Of a stretch of DNA of 64,000 bases, positions 18,778-28,533 are shown in pieces. The DNA lies in assembly GCA_963845535.1 (NCBI GenBank), contig CAWJSK010000021.1, forward strand, positions 32,001-96,000, read 5' to 3'. The translations under genes and the position numbers were made by a program. Below the pieces are notes generated by a model. It saw only the letters and a program-made list of their open reading frames with translations, was not told the origin of the DNA and searched no databases. The stretch comes from an uncultured Spirochaetota bacterium (GTDB lineage Bacteria; Spirochaetota; Spirochaetia; SZUA-6; Fen-1364). Position 1 is the first letter of the stretch. Each line of letters begins with the position of its first letter.

Positions 18778-20502
18778 CTACGTTTTTGCCCCTCGGGGCG
18801 CATAACCGGTGTGCAACAGCTCGTGGGCCTTGTGAGACCCCGGCTTCTCGAAGAACTCCTTGTAGACCGCGGTGATTGCCGGGTTCTTGTACGACATGCG
18901 TACCGTCCGAGCCTTGTCCAGAGAGTAGATCGACTTGATCCTCTCCGCAATCCTCTGGGGATCATAGCCGAACATCTGGCCGCCTCCACCCGCGCACCCG
19001 CCCGGACAGGCCATGATCTCGATGAAGTCCCACGGCGCGTCTCCCGCTTTCACGCGCTCCGCGATCACCTTGGCGTTGGACAGCCGGTTCGCAATGGCGA
19101 TCCGCAGCGTTGTGTCCCCCACCTCCACCGTGGCTTCCTTCACCCCTGCCATGCCGCGCACGTCCTCGAAATCGACCTTGGCAAGGTCCTTGCCGGTGAG
19201 CAAGTGGTACGCGGTGCGCAATGCGGACTCCATGACGCCGCCCGAGGCGGCGAAGATGTCCCCTGATCCCGTGGGCGCCCCGAACGGGCGGTCGTACTCT
19301 TCATCCGCGAGGCTTGCGAACTCGATCCCGTAGATCTGCATCATTCTGTTGAACTGCCGCGTCGTAAGGACGGCATCAACGTCCGCCAGGCCCTCCTCGG
19401 AGGAAAGCTCAGGGCGCGACGCCTCGAACTTCTTTGCCGTGCACGGCATGACGGAAACGACGAAGATGTCCTTGGGATCAATGTTCTGCTTCTGCGCGAG
19501 GTAGCTCTTGATGGTGGCGCCCATCATCTCCTGAGGGCTCTTGCACGTGGAGATCCGCGGCAGGAGCTCGGGGTAGTAGTGCTCCGCATACTTGACCCAT
19601 GCGGGGCAGCAGGAGGTGAACATGGGCAGCTTCTCTCCCTTTCTGATCTTGTTCACCAGCTCGGTGCCTTCCTCCATGATCGTGAGGTCCGCGGCAAAGT
19701 CCGTGTCGAAGACCTGGCGGAATCCCATGCGCCGCAGCGCCGCGGCCACTTTGCCCGTGACGTTGGCTCCTGGCTGCAGGCCGTAGAAGTCACCAAGGGA
19801 GACCCTGATAGCCGGCGCCACCTGGGCCACGATGTACTTCTTCCCTTCCTGCATTGTCATCATGACCTTCTCCACCGCGCGCACCTCGTGCAGCGCCCCG
19901 GTAGGGCAGGCAAGCGTGCACTGGCCGCAGTTCACGCAGGTCGTCTCGGAGAGGTCCTTCTCGAAAGGAGGCAGCACCATGGTGTCGAACCCCCGGCGCG
20001 TGAAGTCGATGGCGGCAACGCCCTGGATCTCCTCACAGATGCGCACGCACCTTCCGCAGAGGATGCACTTGTCGGGCTCCCGAATGATGGAGGGGGAGGA
20101 GAAGTCGGTGTAGTGATGCCGCGTCTTGCCCTGGAAAGGCACCCTGTCTATGCCGTACTCGGACGAGAGGGACTGCAGCTCGCAGAACCCGTTCTTGGGG
20201 CACGTGAGGCAGTCGAACGGATGGCTTGCGAGGAGAAGCTCGATGATGGTCCGCCGCGCCGTGATGACGCGGGGGCTCCTGGTCTGGATCTCCATCCCCT
20301 CCTCAGCAGGGAACGCGCAGGACGGCGTGAGGTTCGGCTTGCCTTTGACTTCGACCACGCACATCCTGCAGGCGCCGCTGGGGAACACTTCCTTGATGTG
20401 GCACAGGGTCGGGATCTTCTCCCCGGCGCTCTGGGCCGCATCCAGGATGGAGCAGCCGGGTTTGGCCTGAATCTTTCTATTGTTGATGGTCAGATTGATC
20501 AT
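18778..20502 (-). CDS. hydA: [FeFe]-hydrogenase catalytic subunit (group A3)
   Basis: TSCCPAW, MPCTAKKFE and EIMACPGGCAGGGGQ H-cluster motifs. N-terminal 2Fe-2S, His-ligated 4Fe-4S and 2x4Fe-4S motifs. Confidence 0.95.
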   Translation of the reverse strand: MINLTINNRKIQAKPGCSILDAAQSAGEKIPTLCHIKEVFPSGACRMCVVEVKGKPNLTPSCAFPAEEGMEIQTRSPRVITARRTIIELLLASHPFDCLTCPKNGFCELQSLSSEYGIDRVPFQGKTRHHYTDFSSPSIIREPDKCILCGRCVRICEEIQGVAAIDFTRRGFDTMVLPPFEKDLSETTCVNCGQCTLACPTGALHEVRAVEKVMMTMQEGKKYIVAQVAPAIRVSLGDFYGLQPGANVTGKVAAALRRMGFRQVFDTDFAADLTIMEEGTELVNKIRKGEKLPMFTSCCPAWVKYAEHYYPELLPRISTCKSPQEMMGATIKSYLAQKQNIDPKDIFVVSVMPCTAKKFEASRPELSSEEGLADVDAVLTTRQFNRMMQIYGIEFASLADEEYDRPFGAPTGSGDIFAASGGVMESALRTAYHLLTGKDLAKVDFEDVRGMAGVKEATVEVGDTTLRIAIANRLSNAKVIAERVKAGDAPWDFIEIMACPGGCAGGGGQMFGYDPQRIAERIKSIYSLDKARTVRMSYKNPAITAVYKEFFEKPGSHKAHELLHTGYAPRGAKT

Positions 20503-20528
20503 GTTTTCGCCTTTCGCCATCCCTGGCT

Positions 20529-22352
20529 TCAGCTCACCAGCACCGAATCGAAGCGGCACACGTCGCGGCACGTGCCGCACCTGATGCACTTCTCATCCAC
20601 GATGTAGTGCGCTTTCTTCTTCTCCCCGACGATCGCCCCCGTGGGGCACTTCTTTGCGCACAGCGTGCAGCCCGTGCAAGCGTTCGTGTCGATGGTGAAC
20701 GTGAGCAAGCCCTTGCACTGGTGGGCCGGGCACTTCCTGTCGTAGATGTGGGCGTCGTACTCGCTCTTGAAGAACCGAAGCGTGGAGAGAACGGGGTTGG
20801 GAGCCGACTGCCCAAGGCCGCACAGCGAGGTATCCTTGATCACCTGGGCCAGGCTTTCCATGTTGAGCACCCTGTTGAAGCGCAGGAGGTTCGCCTCCTC
20901 TCCGCCCATCTTCGAATAGGGGGAGACGATGGAATCCAGCACCTCATACAGGCGCTGTGTCCCCTCTCTGCAAGGAATGCACTTGCCGCAGGACTCCGAG
21001 GTGATGAAGCTGAGGAAGTAGCGGGCCATGTCCACCATGCACGTGTCCTGGTCCATGACCACGAGGCCTCCCGACCCCATGATCGTGCCCAGCGTCTTCA
21101 GGGACTCGTAGTCGATCTGCGTGTCCAGGTGCTGCGCGGGAATGCACCCGCCCGAAGGGCCGCCGATCTGCACGGCCTTGAACTCCTTGCCGTCGGGGAT
21201 GCCGCCGCCGATGTCGAAGACGATCTCCCGAAGCGTCATGCCCATGGGCACCTCGACGAGCCCCGTGTTCACGACCTTGCCGGTAAGCGCGAAGACCTTC
21301 GTGCCTTTGGACGTTGCGGTCCCCATGGCCGCAAATGATTCCGCCCCTTCCCGCATGATGTGGGAGACGTTCGCCATGGTTTCGACGTTGTTGACGATGG
21401 TCGGCTTCTGGAAGAGCCCCGCGACGGAGGGGAACGGCGGGCGGGGCCGCGGCATGCCGCGCCGGCCTTCCACCGACGCCATGAGAGCGGTCTCTTCGCC
21501 GCAGACGAACGCGCCCGCGCCTTTCTTCACCCGCAGCTTGAACGGGAACCCGCTTTGCCCGACAGCCTTTTCCAGGAGGCCCTCGGCCTTGAGGACCTGG
21601 ATTGCCTTGTTGATCCGTTCGATTGCCAGCGGGTACTCGGCCCGACAATAGATGATGCCTTCATCCGCGCCAATGGCATACCCGGCAATCATCATGCCTT
21701 CCAGCACCGAATAGACGTCCCCCTCGAGGATGGACCTGTCCATGAAAGCGCCCGGGTCTCCTTCATCCGCGTTGCAGATCACGTACTTCTTGGCGTTCTT
21801 CTCCCGCAGCGCGAGCTCCCACTTCTTGCCGGTGAGGAAGCCGCTCCCGCCCCTTCCGCGAAGTCCGGACTTCGTGATCTCCTGGATGACTTCGGCCTGG
21901 CTCATGGAGAGCGCCCTCTCGAATCCCTTGAACCCGCCGCAGGAGCGGTAGTCTGCAATGGATTCGGGGTCTATCACGCCGCAGTTGCGCAGGACGTATT
22001 TCACCTGTTTCCTGAAGTACGGGTGCTCATTGAGCATCGGAATGCCGGGCAAGGGCTCCTTGCCGTTCTTGAACTGCCCCAGGAGACCGTCGAGCTTGTA
22101 GTTCTTGCGAACGAAGACTTCGTCCAGGATGAAGCCCGCGACGTCCGGGGTGACGTTGCTGTAGGAGATCCGGTAGCCCGAATCCGTCACCACGTCCATG
22201 ATGGGCTCCGCCTTGCAGTAGCCAATGCACCCGGTGGGAGTGATCTGGATGGATTTTCCGCGCGCCGCCGCCCATTTCTCCACCGCGGTCTTCACCTGGC
22301 CGGCGCCGGTGGCGAGGCCGCACGTGCCCATCCCGATGAAAACCTTGCTCAT
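20529..22352 (-). CDS. hydB: NADH-binding NuoF-like subunit of a bifurcating hydrogenase
   Basis: GLRGRGGSGF, NADEGDPGAFMDR, GGPSG, ESCGKC.PCR and C-terminal 2x4Fe-4S motifs. Confidence 0.94.
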   Translation of the reverse strand: MSKVFIGMGTCGLATGAGQVKTAVEKWAAARGKSIQITPTGCIGYCKAEPIMDVVTDSGYRISYSNVTPDVAGFILDEVFVRKNYKLDGLLGQFKNGKEPLPGIPMLNEHPYFRKQVKYVLRNCGVIDPESIADYRSCGGFKGFERALSMSQAEVIQEITKSGLRGRGGSGFLTGKKWELALREKNAKKYVICNADEGDPGAFMDRSILEGDVYSVLEGMMIAGYAIGADEGIIYCRAEYPLAIERINKAIQVLKAEGLLEKAVGQSGFPFKLRVKKGAGAFVCGEETALMASVEGRRGMPRPRPPFPSVAGLFQKPTIVNNVETMANVSHIMREGAESFAAMGTATSKGTKVFALTGKVVNTGLVEVPMGMTLREIVFDIGGGIPDGKEFKAVQIGGPSGGCIPAQHLDTQIDYESLKTLGTIMGSGGLVVMDQDTCMVDMARYFLSFITSESCGKCIPCREGTQRLYEVLDSIVSPYSKMGGEEANLLRFNRVLNMESLAQVIKDTSLCGLGQSAPNPVLSTLRFFKSEYDAHIYDRKCPAHQCKGLLTFTIDTNACTGCTLCAKKCPTGAIVGEKKKAHYIVDEKCIRCGTCRDVCRFDSVLVS

Positions 22353-22834
22353 TCCTCCACCCTCCCCGCGGCGCGGAACTTCTCAATCAGCGTTTCCAGC
22401 TTCTTCTTGTCCAGCCGCCCGAAGAACTTCCCGTTGGCCATGATCACGGGCGCGATTGAGCAGCACCCGACGCACGCAACGGTCTCGAGGGAGAAGAGGC
22501 CGTCTTTCGTCGTCTCTCCCACGTCGATGCCGAGGAGCGTCTTCACGGAGTCCAGCAGGCCGAGGGAGCCTTTCACGTGGCACGCGGTCCCCCTGCACAC
22601 GGAGACCCGGATCTTGCCCGGCGCGCTCAGGCGGAACTGGTTGTAGAACGTGGCGACACCGAAGATTTTCGATGACGGAAGCCCCAGGTAGCCGGAGATC
22701 CGATCGATGCTTTCCCTCGACAGATAGCCGTACTCTTCCTGGACTTCCTGCAGGATCGAGATGAGGTGCTCACGCTGCGCTGGATACCGGGCCACCACCT
22801 CATCGATGCTTCTCTTCTGTTGAGTTGCTTCCAT
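22349..22834 (-). CDS. hydC: NuoE-like 2Fe-2S subunit
   Basis: VATFYNQF, VCRGTACHVKG and VACVGCC motifs. GGAG RBS before ATG 22834. Confidence 0.94.
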   Translation of the reverse strand: MEATQQKRSIDEVVARYPAQREHLISILQEVQEEYGYLSRESIDRISGYLGLPSSKIFGVATFYNQFRLSAPGKIRVSVCRGTACHVKGSLGLLDSVKTLLGIDVGETTKDGLFSLETVACVGCCSIAPVIMANGKFFGRLDKKKLETLIEKFRAAGRVEE

Positions 22835-22885
22835 GACATCTCCTTCAGAACCGTTGCAAGCTCCCAAACACAGGGATTTTCTAAA

Positions 22886-22936
22886 TAGTGATTTTATTCA
22901 CTATAAATGAATACCTTGTCGTGAAGTAAATGTCAA
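22886..22936 (-). promoter_or_regulatory. Candidate Rex operators upstream of hydC
   Basis: TAGTGATTTTATTCACTA (22886-22903) and TCGTGAAGTAAATGTCAA (22919-22936) resemble TTGTGAAnnnnTTCACAA. The second overlaps a minus-strand TTGACA. Confidence 0.6.
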
Positions 22937-23034
22937 TATACCCGAAAACGAATCTTTTGCAATTGCAATTAAGCTATAATTGATCAGCACCTAATATATC
23001 AGGATGCTTCGAGCTAAAAGCTCCAAAAAATTAA

Positions 23035-23062
23035 TTGACCCGATGGCATTATCTGCTACAAT
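23035..23062 (+). promoter_or_regulatory. Sigma70 promoter of the partner-switching operon
   Basis: TTGACC-16 bp-TACAAT with an extended -10 TG. Confidence 0.6.
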
Positions 23063-23113
23063 CGTAGATAACTCCTTGCAGCAAAATTCCACCCAGACCG
23101 AGGAGGGCTAGTC

Positions 23114-24427
23114 ATGGCAGCGAGAAGCATCTCGATCAAGACAAGAATAACTCTCACCCTCGTGCTCCTGCCGCTGGCGTCGCTTATCGTCGTCGGGGCA
23201 ATTGCGCTTTTCCAGAATCGTGACTCGCTGAGCGCGCAGGCGCAGAGCAACCTGGAACGCATCGTCAAGGAGAAAACGGTCGCCTACGACCACATTTTCG
23301 AAAGGGTCCAGGATGAGGTTCGAGCCGCCGCGGATTTCGCCTCCCTCACCTATGAGTCACCGCTCCCCACAACCAGCCAGCCGCGCAGGGTGCTCATGCC
23401 GTGGACGGGAACCGGCTACGGGAACCCGGACCTCCGCCGTTCGTTGAACGGGGACGTGCTCCGCCTCCAGGTGATCGGCCAGGTCCTCCAGACCCTCGTG
23501 GCGAACAATCCCTACCTGACCCTTGGCTACATGGGCACCGAGAGCGGCGTCACCGTGTTCGACAAAGAGAAGACCGTGGACGTCATCGAGGCCATCCACG
23601 GGTTCGACCCGCGCACCCGGCCGTGGTACACCTCGGCAAAGGAAGCGGGCCGTCCGGTCTGGACCGAGTTGTACGTGGACGCAAACACGAAGAGGCTCAC
23701 CGTGACCGCGGCCGCGCCCGTGCGCGGCGCCTCGGGAGAGTTCTTGGGCGTGGTTGGCATGGACGTGCTTCTGGAAACGCTGCAGAGGGACATCCTTACC
23801 ATCGACATCGGGTACGCCAACGAACCCTTCATGATCGACTCGCAGGGTAAAGTGATCCTGCGCCGCGGCATGGATGAAAAAGGGACTGCGTGGGACAGGA
23901 CGTACAAAACGGACAACCTGCTCATGGACCCCAACACGGCTTTCACGGCGATCATCCATCGGATGGTGGCCAGCCAATCGGGGATCGAAAACTACCGGGA
24001 GAGCAACGGAACAATGAGCGTCCTGGCCTTTGCCCCCATCCTCACGGTGGGCTCCAGCCTGGGGGTGATCGTGCCGGCATCTGAGATCGTGAAGCCGGTG
24101 CAGGACAGCGGCAAGCTCCTCATCATCGTGCTCGCCATCTTCGTCGTCCTTGCGGTCGGCATGGGGCTCCTCCTGGCAAACCAGGTCACCGGGCCCATCG
24201 AGGAGCTCACGATCCTCGTGGACAAGGCCAGCAAAGGGCTCGTGGAAATGGATGAGATCCCGATCCGCCGAATGGACGAGGTAGGAGTGCTCGCGCAGTC
24301 CTTCAACCGCATGGTTGCCAACCTGGGAACGGTCATCCGCGAGATGGAGCAGAAGACATCCGCCAAGGAAGAGCCTTCCAAGGAATCCTTCAAGGATGTG
24401 ACGCTGGAAGAGGCGGACGAGACATGA
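23114..24427 (+). CDS. TM-dCache-TM-HAMP sensor protein with no output domain
   Basis: FDPRTRPWY, WTELYVD and GVVGMD Cache motifs. HAMP (PIEEL...DEVGVLAQSFNRM) followed by a short acidic tail. Confidence 0.85.
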   Translation: MAARSISIKTRITLTLVLLPLASLIVVGAIALFQNRDSLSAQAQSNLERIVKEKTVAYDHIFERVQDEVRAAADFASLTYESPLPTTSQPRRVLMPWTGTGYGNPDLRRSLNGDVLRLQVIGQVLQTLVANNPYLTLGYMGTESGVTVFDKEKTVDVIEAIHGFDPRTRPWYTSAKEAGRPVWTELYVDANTKRLTVTAAAPVRGASGEFLGVVGMDVLLETLQRDILTIDIGYANEPFMIDSQGKVILRRGMDEKGTAWDRTYKTDNLLMDPNTAFTAIIHRMVASQSGIENYRESNGTMSVLAFAPILTVGSSLGVIVPASEIVKPVQDSGKLLIIVLAIFVVLAVGMGLLLANQVTGPIEELTILVDKASKGLVEMDEIPIRRMDEVGVLAQSFNRMVANLGTVIREMEQKTSAKEEPSKESFKDVTLEEADET

Positions 24428-26337
24428 ACTTTTCCATCCTCTGGGCGAAGCTTTTCCCCTCCCTGGCCCTGCTGGGGATGCTGACCGCACTGTCGCGCTC
24501 ACGAAAGTTCCCCGGGGCCGCGCCGTTGTTCGCTCTCTTCTCGCTCCTTGTTGCCCGTGACATCGCCTTCAGTTTCTTTCCTCACCCGCTGCTGATCCCC
24601 CTTTCGGACATTGCGGTCCTTGCGCTGCTCCTGGCCTGGTCACGCATGGCCACGGAGAAATGGCCGGCGGACAGGATCTACTTGGGACTGAACGCCGTCC
24701 TCCTCGCGGCGGGGATATTCCTTGCCGTTGTCCCCGTCATTGCCCTGAGCTCGTTCGACGTCGGTCTCCTTCTCCTCGCGGACCTCGTGTACATCGCCAT
24801 TGCGCTGGGGCTGGTGTCCACCTACACGGCGCACAATGTGCCCCTGGTGTCTCAGACGAGGTTCCTCCTCGTATCAGTGCTCTTCGTGTCCCACGTCGTC
24901 ACGCTTCTGTACGGCTATAATTACACGTGGATCCATTGGATCGTCCTTCCCCCGACCTACATGGCCTTCCTCTCCATTCTCCTGACCACCGAGCGTTTCG
25001 AACGCGCTGAGCTGGAAAGGTCCATCCAGTTCTACTCATCGAGCCTGGATTCCACCTATGATTTCATGGAGAACCTCGGCGGCGCCATCACGGCCAAGAT
25101 CGACTTGCCGCGCGTCATGGAGATCATCATCGACTCCGCCGTGCACAGCATTGGGGCGGACTCCGGTGCCATCCTCATGGTGGACGAATACCAGGACGTG
25201 CTGCGCGTGCGCGCCACCTACGGGATATACCCGCCGCTCCTGGAGGTGCCGGAAATCGTCAAAGTCAAGGCGAGCAGCCTGAAACAATACTTCAACGACA
25301 CGCCCATCCCCATCGGCCAGACCGTGCTGGGAGAGGCGGTCAAGAGCGGGATGGCCATCATGATCCGGGACTGCCGCGAAGATCCCCGATTGCAGCAGAA
25401 CAACCGGGACGACATCCTTTTCGTGAGCTCCCTCGTTGCCATCCCGCTGGTGGTCGGCAACCGTGTCCTGGGAGTGATCTCCGCCCTCAAGCGCGCGGCC
25501 AATCAGTACTTCACGGACGAAGACTTCCAGCACCTCAAGACCTTCGCGGACTACGCCTCCATAACGATCGACAACCTCTACACGTATCTGGAAGTTCTGG
25601 AAAAACGGCAAATGGAGCGCGAGGTCGACATTGCGGCGCAGATCCAGAGGCGCCTCCTGCCCGCCCAGGTTCCCACCTTTTCCAAGGCAACCCTCGCGGT
25701 GCACAGCGTGCCGGCTCACGGAGTGAGCGGGGACTACTACGACATCATCCCGCTGGACGGGGACAAGGTGGCGCTGGTCATCTGCGACGTGGCGGGGAAA
25801 GGCATCCCGGCAGCCATGGTGATGGTGATGATCCGCTCCATCGTGCATCTCCTTGTGACCCCCGGAAGGGACGCGGCCACAACCCTCACGGAGATCAACC
25901 AGGGCATCACCGGCCGAATCGAGATTGACCATTTTGCCACCATTGCCATCCTCATCTACGACCAGGGTCGACGGGAGGCGCAGTACGCAAACGCCGCCCA
26001 TCTTCCCCTCATGGTGTACCGTCACAGCACGGGCACCCTTGCCAAGCTGGACGCAAAGGGGCTACCAATTGGGGTGGAGCGGGAAGCAGCCTACGAGCAG
26101 AAGCGCCTGCGGGTGGAGCCCGGGGATATGCTCGTGCTCTGTACGGACGGGATCATAGAGGCAATGAACGCGGACGGCCAGCAGTACACCCTGGGACGCC
26201 TCAAGAGCGTCATAGAGAAGGATGCTGCCGGCGGCGCGGACAAGCTCGTGCAAGCCATCCGGGATGACGTCGGCCTTCACGTCGCAGGGGCGCGCCAGCA
26301 TGATGACCAGACCCTCATGCTCCTGCAGATTCGCTGA
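24424..26337 (+). CDS. Membrane-bound GAF-SpoIIE (PP2C) phosphatase, RsbU-like
   Basis: About 7 TM helices and a GAF domain. AAQIQRRLLP, VSGDYYD, CDVAGKG, CTDGIIE and HDDQT motifs. Confidence 0.93.
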   Translation: MNFSILWAKLFPSLALLGMLTALSRSRKFPGAAPLFALFSLLVARDIAFSFFPHPLLIPLSDIAVLALLLAWSRMATEKWPADRIYLGLNAVLLAAGIFLAVVPVIALSSFDVGLLLLADLVYIAIALGLVSTYTAHNVPLVSQTRFLLVSVLFVSHVVTLLYGYNYTWIHWIVLPPTYMAFLSILLTTERFERAELERSIQFYSSSLDSTYDFMENLGGAITAKIDLPRVMEIIIDSAVHSIGADSGAILMVDEYQDVLRVRATYGIYPPLLEVPEIVKVKASSLKQYFNDTPIPIGQTVLGEAVKSGMAIMIRDCREDPRLQQNNRDDILFVSSLVAIPLVVGNRVLGVISALKRAANQYFTDEDFQHLKTFADYASITIDNLYTYLEVLEKRQMEREVDIAAQIQRRLLPAQVPTFSKATLAVHSVPAHGVSGDYYDIIPLDGDKVALVICDVAGKGIPAAMVMVMIRSIVHLLVTPGRDAATTLTEINQGITGRIEIDHFATIAILIYDQGRREAQYANAAHLPLMVYRHSTGTLAKLDAKGLPIGVEREAAYEQKRLRVEPGDMLVLCTDGIIEAMNADGQQYTLGRLKSVIEKDAAGGADKLVQAIRDDVGLHVAGARQHDDQTLMLLQIR

Positions 26338-26377
26338 AGAGGCCGGCTAGAAAGGGCGGGTTCGAGTGAACTCAGTA

Positions 26378-26722
26378 ATGGAACTGAAGTTGCGCAAGGC
26401 GGGGCCCATTTACGTCATCGACGTGGTCGGGGAGATGGACCTGTACAACGCTTTCAAGCTCAAGGACCTCGTCAGGAAGATGATCGACAGCAACGTGGGG
26501 AGCTTCATCCTCAACCTGGAACAGGTCGGGTACATGGACTCCAGCGGCATTGGCGCGCTCCTCTACGTGCACTCGGAGTTGAAGAAGAAAGGCCTCCCCC
26601 TGCGCATCACGGGGGTGACGGGCAGCGTCCGAAAGGTCATCGAGCTGACCAAGCTCATGGAGTATTTCCCCATTGTCGTGGACCTGAACACGGCCCTGCA
26701 GCAGCTGAAGCCGAAGGTCTAG
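26378..26722 (+). CDS. STAS-domain anti-anti-sigma factor
   Basis: GEMDLYNA and YMDSSGIG (phospho-Ser motif). Confidence 0.92.
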   Translation: MELKLRKAGPIYVIDVVGEMDLYNAFKLKDLVRKMIDSNVGSFILNLEQVGYMDSSGIGALLYVHSELKKKGLPLRITGVTGSVRKVIELTKLMEYFPIVVDLNTALQQLKPKV

Positions 26723-26807
26723 GAGTCGTACGGAGATGACGCGTCTGATCCGTACAGACATATCTACCGGATATCGCGCTTCGCGCGATGCGGGTTAGAG
26801 GTAACGT

Positions 26808-27356
26808 ATGGCAGAGTTCAACGGGATTCTCATCGATGAGGCGAACCATCTGTTCGACCGCACCGGCATGTTCTACAAGAAGTTCCCCAGCGACTTCCGG
26901 CAGATCCGCTACTTCACCCTCCTGATCATCCAGAAAGCCCCGCCGGAGATGAAAGAGATCAACCTCCTGGAGCAGCAGATCAGCGAGCTGATCAAGAACG
27001 CGGTGAAGCACGGCAACCGCAAGGACCCCGCCAAGAGCGTGCACGTGTGGTTCGCCTTCGATGAGTCGAGCGCCCGCGTCATCGTGCAGGACGAGGGGGA
27101 AGGCTTTACGCGCCTTGAGGAATGGAATGAGTTCAACCGCAGGCGCAACGAGTGCTTCAAGAAGCAGGACTTCGAGGGGATGGCGGACTTCGTCTCCTTC
27201 ATGACCCCGGAAAGCGATGATCATGACGGCGGCAACGCTCTCTTCGCGGCCGTCGAATACTGGGACGCCGGGCTCGTCTTCAACGGGAAGAAGAACTGCG
27301 TGGCCGCGGCCAAGCGCTTCCCGCACAAGAGGCACGGGATCGCGCTGGCCTCCTGA
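26808..27356 (+). CDS. Anti-sigma-like Ser/Thr kinase (HATPase_c, RsbW-like)
   Basis: SELIKNAVKHGN N-box and VQDEGEGF G1-box. Atypical G2 (GGNALF). Confidence 0.82.
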   Translation: MAEFNGILIDEANHLFDRTGMFYKKFPSDFRQIRYFTLLIIQKAPPEMKEINLLEQQISELIKNAVKHGNRKDPAKSVHVWFAFDESSARVIVQDEGEGFTRLEEWNEFNRRRNECFKKQDFEGMADFVSFMTPESDDHDGGNALFAAVEYWDAGLVFNGKKNCVAAAKRFPHKRHGIALAS

Positions 27357-27364
27357 GACGACTC

Positions 27365-28528
27365 ATGAGGGCACGAAGGTCGCCCGTCATAGAGCTTCCG
27401 CTCAAGATCACTCTGACAACGGCCGGGGTGGAGTGGTTCATCCGCAACAAGCGGCAGTTGAAGCAGCTGCGCATGGCGGACAGCCGCCTGGAGTACGGGA
27501 TATCCGTCGCCACCATGTCGGCCACGGCGCTGCAAAAGATGATCAACATCGACTACATCGCTTCGGTGGAGCTGGCGCGCTCCGAGTTCTCCTCCAAGCG
27601 CTCGGAGATCATCGACCTCACCAAGCTCATCGTGCACAGGATCCTGTTCAAGAAGTTCGAGAACGAAACCACGCGGATGTTCATGGCCTCCGCCCTGATC
27701 AGGCGGTGGAACAGGCAGAACCCCGGGCGTTGCATCGATGAGAACACCTCCTACAACCAGGGCCAGGTGGACGCGCTCTTTGCCGGGATAGCCTCCGAGA
27801 TCCCGCTCGTGTCGCTGGACATCCAGGAGCCCCTCATGCGCGCCTACGCCGCCAACCCTTCCCTGGGTGATGACGAGCGCACGCTGCGCGCCTACCTTGC
27901 TGACGGCTTCGTGATCAACTCCTCCAAGCTCCTCTGGTGCATCCTCGCGAAGTCCCGTGGACAGCCCGAGTACGACGGCCTGATCGGGGAGCTTCGGGGC
28001 GTCCTTTCCGGATTCGTGGAGAAAGCGGCAATCTCGGAGAATCTGGCGCTCATGGTGGTGGAGCTCCTCGGGTACACCGAGGTGAGCCACTATCGGCAGG
28101 TGACGGAAAAGCTCCTCAAGGGCCGCAAGACCGGGGAATCCCTCATGACGGATGAGCGCATGCGAAACGAGGTGCGCCGCCGCATGGAGGCGGAGGGAGA
28201 CCTGCTCTCCCTCACCTACCAGCTTGGAAGCAAAGGCGCATCCATTGGCACGGAGAACAGGCTGCGGGTGAGCATCTGCAACAAGGAGCAGACTTTCCGC
28301 CGCCTGAACGAGCAGCTTGAGTCCCGCCTGGGAATGGACGTGAAGGAGCACTCGCTCCTGGACTTCTACAAGCGCCTTCCCGAGCAGCAGATCGATACGG
28401 AGCTCGGACTGTACTACCTCTCCTACCTGCAGAAGGCATGTGAGAAGCAGAACATCAGGATCGAGAGCACGGTCAACCTTGTGCCCCGCAGCGATCTCAC
28501 CCTGATCAACCTGACGCTGCAGTTCTGA
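27365..28528 (+). CDS. Conserved hypothetical protein (387 aa)
   Basis: Long ORF with host-like codon bias, 8 bp after the kinase gene. No recognisable catalytic motif. Confidence 0.8.
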   Translation: MRARRSPVIELPLKITLTTAGVEWFIRNKRQLKQLRMADSRLEYGISVATMSATALQKMINIDYIASVELARSEFSSKRSEIIDLTKLIVHRILFKKFENETTRMFMASALIRRWNRQNPGRCIDENTSYNQGQVDALFAGIASEIPLVSLDIQEPLMRAYAANPSLGDDERTLRAYLADGFVINSSKLLWCILAKSRGQPEYDGLIGELRGVLSGFVEKAAISENLALMVVELLGYTEVSHYRQVTEKLLKGRKTGESLMTDERMRNEVRRRMEAEGDLLSLTYQLGSKGASIGTENRLRVSICNKEQTFRRLNEQLESRLGMDVKEHSLLDFYKRLPEQQIDTELGLYYLSYLQKACEKQNIRIESTVNLVPRSDLTLINLTLQF

Positions 28529-28533
28529 ATCCG

